This document shows positions 47,434-60,648 of a DNA stretch of 64,000 nt, piece after piece. Every line of letters begins with the position of its first letter. Within the stretch, counting starts at the first letter, position 1. Origin of the DNA: Clytia hemisphaerica (Eukaryota); the NCBI RefSeq assembly GCF_902728285.1, contig NW_027104472.1, positions 1,127,681-1,191,680 on the forward strand. Reading direction: 5' to 3'. The translations under genes and the position numbers were made by a program. Below the pieces are notes generated by a model, which had not been told where the DNA came from, made no database searches, and saw only the letters and a list, made by a program, of their open reading frames with translations.

Positions 47434-49656
47434 ATTTGATGTTCCAAAATTTACCCAGTGTTAAAACATGACACTTGTTCGGATGAAATTCTAAAAGCCA
47501 GTCCTTTGACCAAATTTTAAACCCGTAGAGTGCACTTATTCTCATTTTTGCTCATCTTCACCCTTACAGTGTACTTTGGGAAGCTTGGAAAAAAGGGCCG
47601 CACGTACGGTAGGTCGTTTACCTTGAGTGCCCCCCCCCCCGTGGATCTATGCTTATGTGTATTGAAACGTGGCAAGCCGTGCAATATGTTCTATTTTACT
47701 ATCAAACATTTTTAATTAATGAAGGGTATTCACACGCTGTACTGTTTGGTTGGTACAGAAAGAAAAACGAGCTAGAATCCGTTAAATGCTAAGCGACCCC
47801 AGCCCTGACCCGAAAATTGGAGCTGCTAATAAAAAACAATGTGTATTGCATCAAGAGTGAACAAAAACTAGATCGTAAATAATGTTTTACTAGATTCTGT
47901 ATTCAAGCAAATTAGATCCGTGCAAAAGAAAGAAGAGGCTCTAAGTTATCCATCGAGCTATGAACGAACTTCTAATTCCTTCTAGATTTGAAGATATGAC
48001 GGTTTAAAGTTTAAAGTTTAAAGTCAATTAAGTCAATTTACTAAAAAGAACCTTTCAAAAAGATGCACTATAAAACTGCTGATAAATAAACATGCTTTTT
48101 TGAGCTAATTGAATAAATAAATTCCCTTTGTTTTATTTTCAACATTATTGTTTGCGAACCGTAATGTAAGAAGTAAATAACTGGTGTTCTTATTATGATA
48201 AAAGGTTTTTTCTTTCATTGCATATAATATCTTTCTTATCTTTATGTATTTGTTTTTAAAGAAAAATATTTCAATTATATTAATAATTAAACAACTTAGG
48301 TTCCCACTTAGGTTCCCCCATCCCACTTTTCCGGTAGTCATTTAGGTTCCCACTTTAGGTTCCCGGGTTCCCCCATCCCACTTTTCAGGTAGTCATTTAG
48401 GTTCCCACTTTAGGTTCCCGGGTTCCCCCATCCCACTTTTCAGGTGTTCATTTAGGTTCCCACTTTAGGTTCCCGGGTTCCCCCATCCCACTTATCCGGT
48501 ATGCCATTTTTTCGGTACAAAATCTTCTATTTTATTGCAAATTTCAAATTAAGATATCTTTTTATATAGTAATGCTATGAACTTGAAATTTTGACAGTAG
48601 TTTTGCATGGACAAGACAAACCATTTCCAGAAAAAATTTTTTTGATTACGTCATAATTTTAAAATGGCGCGCCAAAATCAGAAAAATTAATTTTTGAGAC
48701 TTTGGCGCCAAATAGGGGCTTATTTAGTGGGGAATTCATTTGGCTACCAAGTTTCATATTGAAAAAAAAGCCCGGCCCAAATCGGGTTAAACCGCGTAAT
48801 TTATTGAATATTTAGGATAAAATAAGCATTTTAGATTTAGGCAATATTTTTCTAAAGCCTTTGTTAGAATACAATAGCTATTTATAAGAACAAAAGAAAT
48901 TTTCGGTTTTTGCTCACTTTGGGCATGATGAGTGACGTCATAAAAAAATTTTTTGTCAAAAGTTACCTTATGTGACAAGGATCTTGTGTGCCAAACTTCA
49001 TCCAAAAAGACCCACTAGGTCAAAAGTTAAGGGGTGGTACAGGAAAAGCCCGCCCCCTAGTTTTGAGCCGCCCCTAAAAACCTAGTATGAATAGGATTGA
49101 GTTAACCTGAAATCTCATAATTATCTAGACAAACCTGCGTACTTATTTTTGAAACACCCGGTCTATTTGAAAAACTTAAACGAGAGAAAGAGAAAAAATT
49201 GACGTTTTTGGGACCCTTAGAGAGCCCTGTAATTTTCTGTTTACAACCCTTTTTTGAGAGAGAGAAATTTTAGAGCGTAACCCTTATTGTAACCGACTTT
49301 CTAGTGTGTAAAAATGAGACCCTTGTGGCTCGCACATACCCGACACCCATTTTGCCTATGTATTTTGCCTCCCCCCCCGGGATCGAACCTGGCAAAATGA
49401 ATCCTTTGAAAAAATGTAATTGTCTGTGCCTCTGAGTTGGTATCAGCTAAGATTGTTCTTGGTAATTACATAAAATGTATTATTCTTAATTACGGTATTA
49501 CTTCGAATAAACGCCCCCTTCTTTTAAACGTTCCCTAGAATAAACACCACTCCTGCAATCACAGCAATTTAGTAAACGCCCGGTCGTTGGCGTTTGTTCA
49601 AAGTAAGACGGTATGCTGCTTATGAGGCTTATGTCTGCTTTTATTTCTCCTTTCAG

Positions 49657-49959
49657 ACAGCTTATTCCGATAAAAACCTTGCAGAAAAATTAGCTGAACT
49701 CGAAAAAGAAAGGGATGCGTTCAAAGTAAAATATGAAGCAGTACAAAAAACACATTCTGAAATCATAATTGGCAAAGATGAAAGCCTTAGAAGTTTGGTT
49801 GATCAAATCAATCACCAAAAAAAGACCATTGAAGTGCAACGAAAACAACTGGAACGTCTAAATAAACAAAAAGAAACAACAGAATGGAAGAAGACAGCTT
49901 ATCTGAATTCGGTGTACGAAGAATCAGCAGAAAAAGATAAACAAATCGAAGATTTAAAT
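49657..49959 (+). CDS. Coiled-coil/PDZ protein gene, exon a (coiled coil)
   Basis: Acceptor ttctcctttcag (ag at 49655-49656). Translation TAYSDKNLAEKLAELEKERDAFKVKYEAVQKTHSEIIIGKDESLRSLVDQINHQKKTIEVQRKQLERLNKQKETTEWKKTAYLNSVYEESAEKDKQIEDLN. Donor AAT|GTTTGT at 49960 is weak. Further 5' exons are probably upstream. Confidence 0.45.
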
Positions 49960-50226
49960 GTTTGTATCATCATTATTTTTCTTGTGTTTAGATGCCAATC
50001 CAAATTTTTGGTCCGTTATCAATTAAAACTTTTTGGGTTATCTGCAATTTTAGAGCAGTAGTGTGGTGTTCATCTCTCTTGACTCCCGACTGCAAGATTC
50101 CCCTCCGCCGTGTGTCTGTCTGTCTGTCAAGTCTTTTGTTTTGCCAAAAACCCAGATATACCAAGATTTTGGTGAATATGTTAAAAGCCTTAAAGGAAAA
50201 ATAAAATATCAACAATTTGTTTTCAG

Positions 50227-50337
50227 AAAATGTGCGACTTTAAAAATCGGCAGTGCAAAGAGCTTGAATCGAGAAACAAAAAATACGAAGAAAACATACA
50301 ACAGATACGGGTTGAAAATGATAGTCAATATACAAGG
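50227..50337 (+). CDS. Coiled-coil/PDZ gene, exon b
   Basis: Acceptor tgttttcag (ag at 50225-50226). Translation KMCDFKNRQCKELESRNKKYEENIQQIRVENDSQYTR. Donor AGG|GTATGT at 50338. Confidence 0.5.
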
Positions 50338-51806
50338 GTATGTTTAGACTTAAAGATTTAAGTGTTTCCGTTTCATATCAGACACATATTTCATATCAGG
50401 ATAATGTCTGTCTATTGTTATGTTATACTGATATAAGCGAAAAAATGTTTTTCTTTTCGTTTTTCTGACCAATCTTGCTCCACATCCGTGTCAATCCAAT
50501 GTGAGAAAGCTTGAAAATTAAATAAATTGATGAGTAACCAAACGATATCACTCTTATTTAAAGACAAAACCTTTAATACGACCAACTATGAAGCTTTGGC
50601 CGGGATAAAACTAGGCTGAAAGCATCCCATCTGATATGTTTTGATAAAGGGGATGCTCATCGTGTATAAGATTCCCGTTCGAGAGTTACCCCCGGGGGGA
50701 GGGGGGTACTAGGGCAAGATGGGTTACGGGGATGCTCCGCTGGTCAGGGTACCTTTTTTAACCTCCACGGGTCCCAGGTAGGGTCGCAAAAACACCAAAA
50801 TAGAAAAATCAGTCCCTCGTAGGGTGCCTATTTTTGGAAAATTTGAGGAAAAAGTAGAAAATCTGAGAAAATTTTGGAATTTTAGTCCCATTCAGGGTCA
50901 CTTTTTTCGCAAATTTCGAGTCCCACGTAGGGTCCATTTTTCGAACCTCAGCCCTCCGTCGGTCGACAAGGATAGCACTCCCCCCCCCCGGGAGTTACCC
51001 CCGTTTTTGTGTTTTTTTTTTCAGTTTTAGAAACTTGATTAGTAAATATGAGAGATCTTCAAATTTCATTACATTTATATTAAAAATTTGAATGGCTCTA
51101 GGTTAATACAATCATTGGGCTTGTTAACCTTAATATGAAAATCAAACAGGTTACCCCAAATTTGTGGTAATTCTCGAACAGGAATTTTATACACGATTAT
51201 CATCCTCTATATCAAAACATATCAGAGGGCATCCTAGGATGAAACAGTGTACCTACCCCAGTACGGGTTTGATAAAAGAAAAGTTAGCATTTACTTTATA
51301 ATAAATTTTTCCAACCCATAGTCTTTATTAGATTTATTAGGCAGTTTTTTAAAAACAATTTCAGCTTTCAAAAAGAGCTCTCCTTTTTTTTTTTTTCATC
51401 ATACAAGATCGACTTCTCTAAAATAAAATAGGGTTCTTCTGTCTACAAATTAAAGGATAAAAACAACTTTATAAATGTTTAAATGAAACAACTAAAAACG
51501 AACTTCCACATTCGTATAAACCGTGTGATTTTATCACAAACGTCGGAGTTAAAGCTCGAGATTCAATTGGAGGCCAAATTCTTTGATTGGAGACTTTTTG
51601 TAAGGGGTACCCCTAAATGAGATACTACTCGATAGGGGTACTCTCTGCACCAGAGTGTATATCTGTATAACGTAGCTTAGCGCAGCGCAATAGTTAGCGT
51701 AATGAATTTTGAAATTTCCGTATATATTGGGTCTTTTTACAGAAAATATTAGAGGTTTAAATGCGTCGAGAGATTGGTTGCAAGATTTTATGTTATTTAC
51801 TTGTAG

Positions 51807-51929
51807 ATTAAAGAACTTCAAAAATCATATGATGATTTGACATCAAGATCGGAAAGCATCTTGCGAGATAAGCAAGAGCTGGACTCTCAAATTACTAAAC
51901 AAGCTGAAAAACTGGAGATGATAACAAAG
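51807..51929 (+). CDS. Coiled-coil/PDZ gene, exon c
   Basis: Acceptor tacttgtag (ag at 51805-51806). Translation IKELQKSYDDLTSRSESILRDKQELDSQITKQAEKLEMITK. Donor AAG|GTTGTA at 51930. Confidence 0.5.
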
Positions 51930-52085
51930 GTTGTATTTAATTTCATATACAGTGCAATTGATTCTAATTCTGTCTCGAACAGCAAAATCTAAATTTAATT
52001 ATTGATTTATTGACATTTCTTTTAAGATACAACATCGTGCAATGTGTGCAATTTTATTAAAATAATTTTAATATTCTTCTTTTAG

Positions 52086-52121
52086 ATGGGTGATACAGAT
52101 CGCATGGTTACATTAGTTAGG
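52086..52121 (+). CDS. Coiled-coil/PDZ gene, exon d (12-codon micro-exon)
   Basis: Acceptor ttcttcttttag (ag at 52084-52085). Translation MGDTDRMVTLVR. Donor AGG|GTAAGA at 52122. Confidence 0.4.
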
Positions 52122-52371
52122 GTAAGAACATTTTCAGGGCCATTGTCTGTATAAATAAACCAGGGTCAGGAAGTGCCTTTGGAGGGTTATAAACGGAGGA
52201 GCGATATCGGTCCTTTTATCGAGGCCCTTTTCTCGGAATTCCACAGATTTTAAGATGCTTACCCTGCTATGAAGTAGGGATATGAACGAAGGGCGAAGGG
52301 TTAAGTGTACTTGTCTTTTGTCCTATAATAAACTAGACAATGATTGATAGTTTATTATTTTTTTCTAACAG

Positions 52372-52505
52372 GCAACGACTGACGACGTGTTTGGCATTTT
52401 TTTTGGGAAGGTTTCTGGTACGGTGTTAATTCATCAATCAAAGATAAGAGTAATCACTATTGACAACATATGTTTCAATGATCCCAATGATCAAAATAAG
52501 ATCTC
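52372..52505 (+). CDS. Coiled-coil/PDZ gene, exon e
   Basis: Acceptor tttttttctaacag (ag at 52370-52371). Translation ATTDDVFGIFFGKVSGTVLIHQSKIRVITIDNICFNDPNDQNKI(S). Donor TC|GTAAGT at 52506, phase 2. Confidence 0.5.
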
Positions 52506-53734
52506 GTAAGTAGCAAAATCGTTTTCAAACACGAGCCTTGTGTGTTAGAATAACAATTAAGTTTTGAAATTAAAGTTTAAGTAAATACAGTAAACGTGTA
52601 CATATTTTTCCTCTAGTATTAAGAAAGATTTATAATACCCTCGAATTAGGCTTGGGGACACGTAGCAATAAGTGTCTTTGTTGCTAAGTGTACATTTTTG
52701 ATACACCTTTCCCGTAATTCCCGGGGGGGGGGAGCACTCGATTTTGAAAACGATCGTACGTTCGGCCAAAAATCAGGTCTCTAAAATCGGACCCTTACAG
52801 TGCAGGAAAAATTTGGCTGAAAATCGACCCTTATAGTGCAGTTTGCAAAGTTGTTTGAAATTTCTCAAATTTTACCTCAAAATTTGGTATTTTCTCAATT
52901 TTTACACCCTTGCAGTGCACTTTTTCCCACTTGCTCACAAATCAACCCTTACTGTGCACTTTCCAAAGTCCAAAAAACCTACCCTAAGGGCCGCACGTCC
53001 GGTAGGTTACACCCCCGGGCGTAATTCAAACTTCTCAGAAATTGCCCACGAAAATGTGCGCTCCAACGTTGTGTATAAAATTGTTTGGGAGGTAAACGAA
53101 CGCGTTTTTGCCTGCGAGGGGTTAGGGAAAGTGGGTTTTCAGCTTCTAACATTCTTCATGGCAAAAGATTTTCAGGGTGGTATAATATCATGAATAAATT
53201 GAACATACTAAAACAAAAAAAAAAAAACTTTCCCTAAGGAAACGCAGGCAAAAACGAGTTTGTTTACCTCCAGAGACCAAACGATGGAGAGCATCAAAAT
53301 AATGCGCGCGCATTAGTTTTACGAATTACGGGAAAGGTGTATTCCCTCGATGTCAATCTATTTTTAGTCTCAACTCCAGAGTTACTAGCCCTTTTTAGTT
53401 GCCGCTCGCAAATTGAGGGGTCCGCATTTAGCCCCTTTGGAGGGAAGACCGTTTTTTTAACTGTGGATAGGCCTCGCAGATGAGAACGGTCTCTCGCCTC
53501 CACATGGCAAGCAGTGACCCCGATTTTCTCTGTTTTTCATTAACACTTGAGGTATTATTGTTCCTTTTTTTTACATAGATAAAAACGAAAACAATGTAAA
53601 TATAACTTTTTTCAATGAAACCATTTATAACTATATACCATAACTTATTCATGGTGATAAAAAGAGATGAGGTCCCACGCGGGAAAATAGACACAACTTT
53701 TTTTAGGACACCCTGTATGAACTTCTATTTTTAG

Positions 53735-53996
53735 AGTTGGAGACTACTTGGTCAGTATGGACGACATAAATGTAACGAACAGCGAACTACAAAATGTCAA
53801 AGAAATCCTGGATAGAGCATCCCTTACATTAAAACTAGTGTTGCGTGGTCCAACAAAGGCAATCGAAAAAAGATACGATATCACTCTTTTAAAAAGTGAC
53901 CCTTTTAGGAGAACTCTTGATGTCACCATAGTGATAAGAACTAATAATGACGATGAATCGGACACCAAGTTGAGAAATGGTGATCGTATTGAGCAG
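53735..53996 (+). CDS. Coiled-coil/PDZ gene, exon f (N-terminal part of PDZ domain 1)
   Basis: Acceptor ttctatttttag (ag at 53733-53734). Translation (S)VGDYLVSMDDINVTNSELQNVKEILDRASLTLKLVLRGPTKAIEKRYDITLLKSDPFRRTLDVTIVIRTNNDDESDTKLRNGDRIEQ. The GDRIEQ|VNG split is typical of the PDZ GD.I..VNG motif. Donor CAG|GTAGTT at 53997. Confidence 0.55.
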
Positions 53997-54382
53997 GTAG
54001 TTATTTATGCTAATACCATGTTTCGGCGTTACGGTTCAACATCGTTCCATCTTAAACAAACCGAGACAACAGTTCGGTGTCGGTAATTTGACCGATCAAG
54101 ACCTCACTTCACGTCATGTTAGTTGTTTGTTTTAATCGAGCAAATGCGGCTCTCCAAATCTTTGTCCATGATTATATTACGGTTCTTCGAACGTTTTCCT
54201 CTTTTACTGCTAAACTACACGCTTTTTATGAGAATAATTTTAACCACGCAAGGTTAAAAATTGACCAAATCTAAGAACAAATTAAGAACAATCTGAGACT
54301 CAGCTATAGCGAATATTCAAGAACACTAGAATAGAACAAACTGGGCAATTCTAAAAACAGTTTGTACTCCCTATGTTGAGTT

Positions 54383-57070
54383 GGTGTGACACAGGGGGGG
54401 GGGGTCAGGATCCAGATACCAAACCAAGGGCCGGGGGGGTGGTGTCAATTTTTTTTTTCAAATTTCAAAAAGTCAAGTTGGTATTGATACCAAAATGAGG
54501 GGGTGGGTCCCCCTTTTTTTGAAAATTAGGGAATCTTTAAGTTGGTATCGATACCAAAATGAGGGGGTGGGTCCTCCTTTTTTTTAATTTTTGCCGAATT
54601 TGAAATTGGTATCTGACTTAAAATGTTGTATAATGTAAGTATAAAATCGTATTTGAATCGTTTACCCTATACCCTGATTCCATATAAAAGCATTTTTCGA
54701 TCTATTGTCACATAAACCAATGATACAATTTTCTTTACTTTTCTTTCTTACAACATTTTCGACAGTATATACTATATTTAAAACATTAAAACTGTGAAAA
54801 ATATTCGAACATTGAACGCATTTGAATTACGGCTTATTATGTATCATTTTCGAATGTTTTGTTTTGGTAGCGCAGTGTCTTCTTTTTCTTGAAAATGATC
54901 AAACTTGAAAGATTCGTACATTTTTCTGTGTGTTTTGTGAACTAGTGGACCTAAGTGTCTGAATGACATGGACGTAATTTAGTACCAATATTATGTCTGG
55001 CATTTTCTATTTACAAATTTGCCCAAAATGTTACTTTTTTTGCCAAACCAATGCAGAAAAAAGTGGTGTTTAAAAGGCATAAACTGCATAAACAGTGTTT
55101 TTAGTAGAATGATTCAAGGATCATAATTACTTTTCCCTGCTTTTCCTAGTACTTTTTTCGGTTTATTTTTTCTGGTTTTCTAGGTTTTTCTTTTATTTGT
55201 AATGAATTATTGAGTGCAGTTTTAAACACTTTAATTTGACACGAGTTTATTGCTTATTTAATTAGTTCCATTTATATTGAGACGATTAACTTAATTTATG
55301 TTGTGTTAGAATGAGAAAAACTTGAGTCTAAGGTGTGGTACATAATATAAGTGATTAATCAGGGGGGGGTACAGCCGCAGGGTACTAACCCATAGCCGGG
55401 TGGTGGTGTCTAATTTGGAAATTCACAACGTTCGCCCCCGGTCCCCTTTTGGGGTGGGGGTGGATCTTCCCTTTTAGTTCGTACCGGTACCATTTTCGGT
55501 GGGGTGGTCTCATTTCCCTTTTTTTCAAGTACTCGGCCCTGCATATGGTAATTTGTTTCATTTTGTCATTTTTCCTCCTTTCTAGAGGGATTTTATGCCC
55601 ACTAAGTTATACAATATTGAAATCGTAGTAAAGAACCTATTGTTCAAAATAGTATGTTTTTAATTAGTGAGAAGGATAGTTCGTCTTTGATATCTCAAGT
55701 TAGAATGAGGTATATGTTTGTCACTGCCTTCTGATGGTAAGAATTACAAGCTGTGGCATCCAAAGTGATACAATCTGTCTTTTAAACAATAAAATTCTTA
55801 TCCAAACTGATGATTGTTTTTGTTAGAGGGGTTAGTTTATTTTAGTTTATTGCAGTTTATATTCTCCTATCGCTTATTTCTGTTCTATTTGTTGTTGTTG
55901 TTGTTTGTCGTTATGACAATTAAAGACGGAGGCAGGTCAACTCAACAAGCCAACCAGAGCCAACAATGCAACTTTTTTCTATTTCAGTCTTCATAAGATT
56001 GTCACGTTTTCATTAATTTGACTAATTACCAATCTTGAAGAAAAAGAAGGAAATCATCCATCCATTTCATACTTCTTCATTTTTAAAAACTTGTTTTACT
56101 CTTCTATGTATATACTTTTATTGCCGTTTTTACAGCTATATAATATTTACTTTTGCAAGGTTTCCTTTTTTACCTTTTAATTAAAAGTTGTGTTTGATTA
56201 AGAACTTTTAGAGCTCTGCGTTAAAAACATGGATTACAACTCATAAAAACAATAAAGCTGCTTTTGCTGGTTTGACAGATTGGGACCATGCTTGGCAGTT
56301 TTAAGGGTGGTGTTTCTATTTTCCTTCGTAATTTTAAGCGGTACTGGTACTAAAAAGGGAGTGGGGGTCCCTTTTCCTCAAAAAATAAGTCCCCGGTACT
56401 ACAAGGGGGGGGGGGGCGGGGGGGGGGGGCTGGGGGTCCCTTTTTCCTTAAGAAAAAGTAAGTACCCCGGTACTAAAAGGGGTGGGGTTCCTTTTTCCTT
56501 AAAAAAAAGTAAGTACAGGTACTAAAAGGGGGTGGGGGCCCCTCTTTCCTAAAAAAGTAGTACCCCGTGACTAAAAAGGGGGTGTGGTACCTAAGACAAT
56601 TTTTCTTAAAAATCAGGTTAGTACCCTATGGGTTAGTACCCTGCGCTGTACCCCCTGGATTAATAAGCGGAATGTCTTTTGAATTAAACACATCCCACAG
56701 ATTTTGTTTAGCGTCCCTGATTTTGAGCAGGATTCCTATGCATTAAACAATTTCTTGCATTTTTAATGATTGCCCAATTTAAGGGGGGGGGGGGGGGTAC
56801 TCCCTTTTTCAGAAAAACGGGATTTTTAAGTTCGTATCGATACCCAATTAGGAGGGTGGGTGCCCCTTTGTGTATTGTATATTAATTGTTTATTTTTCCT
56901 GTTCTGTAATCATACCATATAGGGTGGGTGGGTCCCCCCTTTTTTAGAAAATTGGGGTTTTCAAGTTGGTATTGATACCAATTTAGGGGGTGGTGGTGTC
57001 TACTACTCTCGAAAAGTCAGGTTTTCGGGCCCTGGGTTGGTATCCTGGACCCTGACCCCCCCCTGTGTGA
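54383..57070. mobile_element. About 2.7-kb TIR-bounded element with G-rich subrepeats, inside a PDZ-gene intron
   Basis: Outer TIR gtgtgacacagggggggggggtcaggatccagataccaaaccaagggccg (54383-54432) versus cgggccctgggttggtatcctggaccctgacccccccctgtgtgac (57022-57068). Internal repeats of caagttggtattgataccaa...agggggtgggtccccc (54480-54600, 56820-57000). Tandem units gtactaaaaaggg..gtgggggtccctttt(t)cct at 56330-56600. Poly-G tracts up to about 25 nt (56398-56432). Confidence 0.6.
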
Positions 57071-57512
57071 CATTCTAGAAATTAAATAAACCCAGGGGTT
57101 CTGGTCTTTCGAGTGTAAAATCCAAGGTGGTCAGTAAAATGAGGTTGAAAATCCAGGTTGTTCCAAAAAATGAGAAAAAATCCAAGGGGTCCTGAAAAAT
57201 AAAAAAATAATCGGGAGGGGGGACACCTTTCACAAAAAAAAGGAGGTCTCCTTGAGGGGTACAGATTTTTTCTGAAATACATAGTCCAATAAGACAAAGA
57301 CAGAATCAAGAATATAGAGAAATAAACACCGTTACACACAAGGGGTTTATAGCCATTATAATTTTACCGCCAAACTTTTAATTATGAAAGGTTTGATGTT
57401 CTAAAAACATATTACAATAAGAACATCTCAAGAAAATTTGAAAAACATTTCAAAAATAAAGAATAGCCCTGCCTGAGCCAAAATTTACAAGTTCTTATAA
57501 AAAAGCGTGTAC

Positions 57513-57854
57513 TTTAATGGGATAAATTTTCGCGGATTTCGCGGATTTGGGTGTCATCCGCGAAAATAAGCCCCATTGGAAATTTGAGAAAGGCCCATCC
57601 GCGAAATATTTCTAAACAAAACTCAAAATATGTCAAATAAATACTATTTGAATGGTTACTTGCATCAAAGAGGCGCAAATAATGTGTATTTCAACAACCA
57701 ATATGCATGATTTGACAGTAAAAGTCACAAAATCGAGAAAAATAATGCCCCCTAATAGTGCCATCCGCGAAAATTAATCCCCGCGAAATCTTAAAATTTC
57801 GCGGATGAGCTCAACCGCGAAATTTAATCCCCGCGAAAATTTATCCCATTAAAG
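57513..57854. mobile_element. MITE family E, copy 2 (inverted relative to 11748-12064)
   Basis: ctttaatgggataaattttcgcggatttcgcgg ... aatccccgcgaaaatttatcccattaaag. Confidence 0.7.
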
Positions 57855-58494
57855 TAGTCGATTCCCATTCTGATGTGTAAACGACGTGTTTATCATAAAA
57901 TAAAATTATTTCTGCTTGCAAGCGGCCTGCGCTGTAGTCTAGCATGCTAGACGACTTAACTCAGTAAAAAATAGGAAGTAGAAAACTTGTCAGGAGCATC
58001 AATATAGTCGTCTAGAATATTTTGTGCACAACAAACTTTTCATAAAAATTCTCTTTTTCAAGTTTTTGGATAACATTTTCAGGGGGTCTTGTTGGTTTGT
58101 TTTGGTTTGTTTTTTTTTTCTTTCACTTAGAAATTCTCATTGGCTGAAATTTTTATTTGTTTATATATTTTGTTGTATATGATTGTTTTCTCACCCCGCA
58201 GAAATCTGCGGGCCCTGCTGGAACTCCCGTAAGCTACGGAAACCACCTTAGCCCAGTCGTTTATTTTAACCATATCCCGACATTAAAATTTCCCGCTTTC
58301 AACAAAAACGTTATAAACGACTGGATTCCCAGTCTACCTGCGCTGTGATTCCTACTCCATCGTGGGTAGGACCCATTCCGATGCATCGGAGGGCATATCT
58401 ATCTATCTAAAATTATTTTAACATTTTTAAGGCCTCTTTTAATGGCCCATGAAGAGAAAGAGGAAATGTCTATCCGTCTATTTTATAATTATAG

Positions 58495-58708
58495 GTTAAC
58501 GGAAAAAATGTCAACAAATATCCACTTAAACAATTGCGTGAGAAACTCGTAGAAGATAAAGAATTGAGTTTGAAGATCGTTAGAGAGGAGTCTCAAACAT
58601 CTTTCATACCATTTACAAGAAGTCAACCATTCAAAATACAGCTACTTCCATCGTTCAGTGAAAGTGTGAAAAGTTTACCTGAGATTCTTTTGAGAGAGTC
58701 CAATCGAA
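58495..58708 (+). CDS. Coiled-coil/PDZ gene, exon g (C-terminal part of PDZ domain 1)
   Basis: Acceptor ttttataattatag (ag at 58493-58494). Translation VNGKNVNKYPLKQLREKLVEDKELSLKIVREESQTSFIPFTRSQPFKIQLLPSFSESVKSLPEILLRESNR(S). Donor A|GTAAGC at 58709, phase 1. Confidence 0.55.
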
Positions 58709-60648
58709 GTAAGCACCATTTTTTAAATTAGAAAAACACCGAATATTAAATTTCTTATTGAACAGAATTGGAACTGACGCTGACACCTTTTTGCCCAGCT
58801 TCCATTACACTTCTAATCTTTATGAACCTTAGCTTAAGAGTGCAAATGGGGATTGGTAATGATGAATTTACAAGGAAGAGACAAACCTATTAAATTCCCG
58901 ATAAAACTTCATGCCTCATGTGTATACTGTGTATACTCTGTATATACTATGTATCTGTATATACATTTTTCACAAGAGCGCTCCTACACTTTTTAGTTCT
59001 TAGTACCGCCGTAGGAAAGCGTTTGCCTTGTATTTTCGTTGCAAATCCATGGATTGATAGGTGTATGCAGCTTGGGTTCCAACTCATACTTGATAGAGGA
59101 GTATGCCTGAACCAATAATTCGTATAACAATATAGTCCAGGAGTCAAATCCTATATCTCCTTAAATAAACATTTTTGCTTAACCCAAGATTCTACAAGGA
59201 TAAACTATATATTTTTGAAATCCTCAACTATCCTAGTTTAAGAAATGCTCGGCCCCCAAAGCTAATTCCTGGTCAATTTTTCATACTAGGCCCAAATTTA
59301 GGGGGTACTTTTACCCTTTGTAAGGATTTGTTAAGGAAAATATCTTTCCATGTATGATATAATTTGCTATAGCTCATGAATAAATTGACCAATTTGCAAA
59401 GTTTCAAGATAGATTGGTGATCATCAAAAAATTATTTTGGGGGGTTTACCTGGGGGAAAATAGGGAAAATTTGGGTATTTTCACTAAATCTTGACACTTT
59501 ATAAGACGGGAAGTAAAAGCTTACAAAGTTACATTAAGTCACTGTAACTATGCAGCCATAAATTCAGTTAAAAGCATCGGAATGTTGTGTCGTTGTCTTT
59601 AAAAGGACTAAGAAATGATGAAATGGTAATTTAAAGTTTGCTAGAGCTGGTTTCCATCCTAAAAATTTAGGCTTTTGAAGAACCTTCTCAAGAAAAACAT
59701 CCAAACTCAGGCGACTGCAAATTAGAAATGACATATTTACCCCTGATTTACCACCTGCGTAACCCTGATGACGGACAATGAAAAGTACAAATTGCTTTCC
59801 TCTATTGTCTATCAAAAATATCCATGTTTCCAGTAGTTAGAAATCAAACTTTGTACACATTAATACTGTTCTATGGGTCAATGGGCCTAAAAATCAATAA
59901 AAACGATAAAATCGTCTAAAATTGGCAACTTTACACCCTGATTTCTCTAACTGCACCCTGTATGTGAGAGTTTCAAGTCAACATTGTAATTTTCTAGTGT
60001 ATATTAAACAAAGATCAAGTTAAAACTATTTTCGAAGATATTCTAGGCGAGATAAGCAGTGAAAATTGCTCAAATTTATGTAAAAATTCAATAAAATGGG
60101 CATTTTTACCCCCTAAAGCGTCAAAAATGATACTAAACACAGTTGACAAGAAATTTTTCTGGTGTATCGCATTAACATTTATCATAACACAAAGTTTGTG
60201 CCTCATTAAAAGTTGTTTTGGTAGGTCCCAGTCTTATAAAGTGTCAAAATACCCAAATTTTCCCTATTTTTTCCCCCAGGTAAAAACCCACAAAAATAAC
60301 TTTTCGCAAAAATTTTTTGCCAATGATGATCACCAATCTATCTTGAAACTTTTGGCAAAGTTTCAAAGCAATTGGTCAATTTATTCATGAGATATAGCAA
60401 ATTATATCATACATGGAAAGATATTTTCCTTAACAAATCCTTAAAAGGGTAAAAAGTACCCCCTAAACTCGGGCCCAGTATGAAAAATCGACCAGGAATT
60501 AGCTTTGGGGACCGAGCATCTCTTAAACTAGGATAGTTGAGGATTTCAAAAATGTATAGTTTATCCTGTAGAATATTGGGTTAAGAAAAATGCTATTTTT
60601 CAGGTTTGGCTCCCGGACTAATAAGAATGTAATGTTTTTATACCAAAG

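Larger units (their letters stand above)
44745..48510. mobile_element. Foldback-like element 2, about 3.8 kb. Inverted terminal arrays of about 57-bp subrepeats enclose degenerate CR1-like LINE fragments.
   Basis: Left arm 44745-44940, 3.5 copies of aaagtgggaacctaaatgaacacctgaaaagtgggatgggggaacctgggaacct. Right arm 48296-48510 is the exact reverse complement (aggttcccgggttcccccatcccacttttcaggtgttcatttaggttcccactttag). Interior holds RT remnants at 46837-47433 and 45040-45297, a minisatellite at 46346-46518 and a (TTTTA)n run at 44940-44990. Confidence 0.7.
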
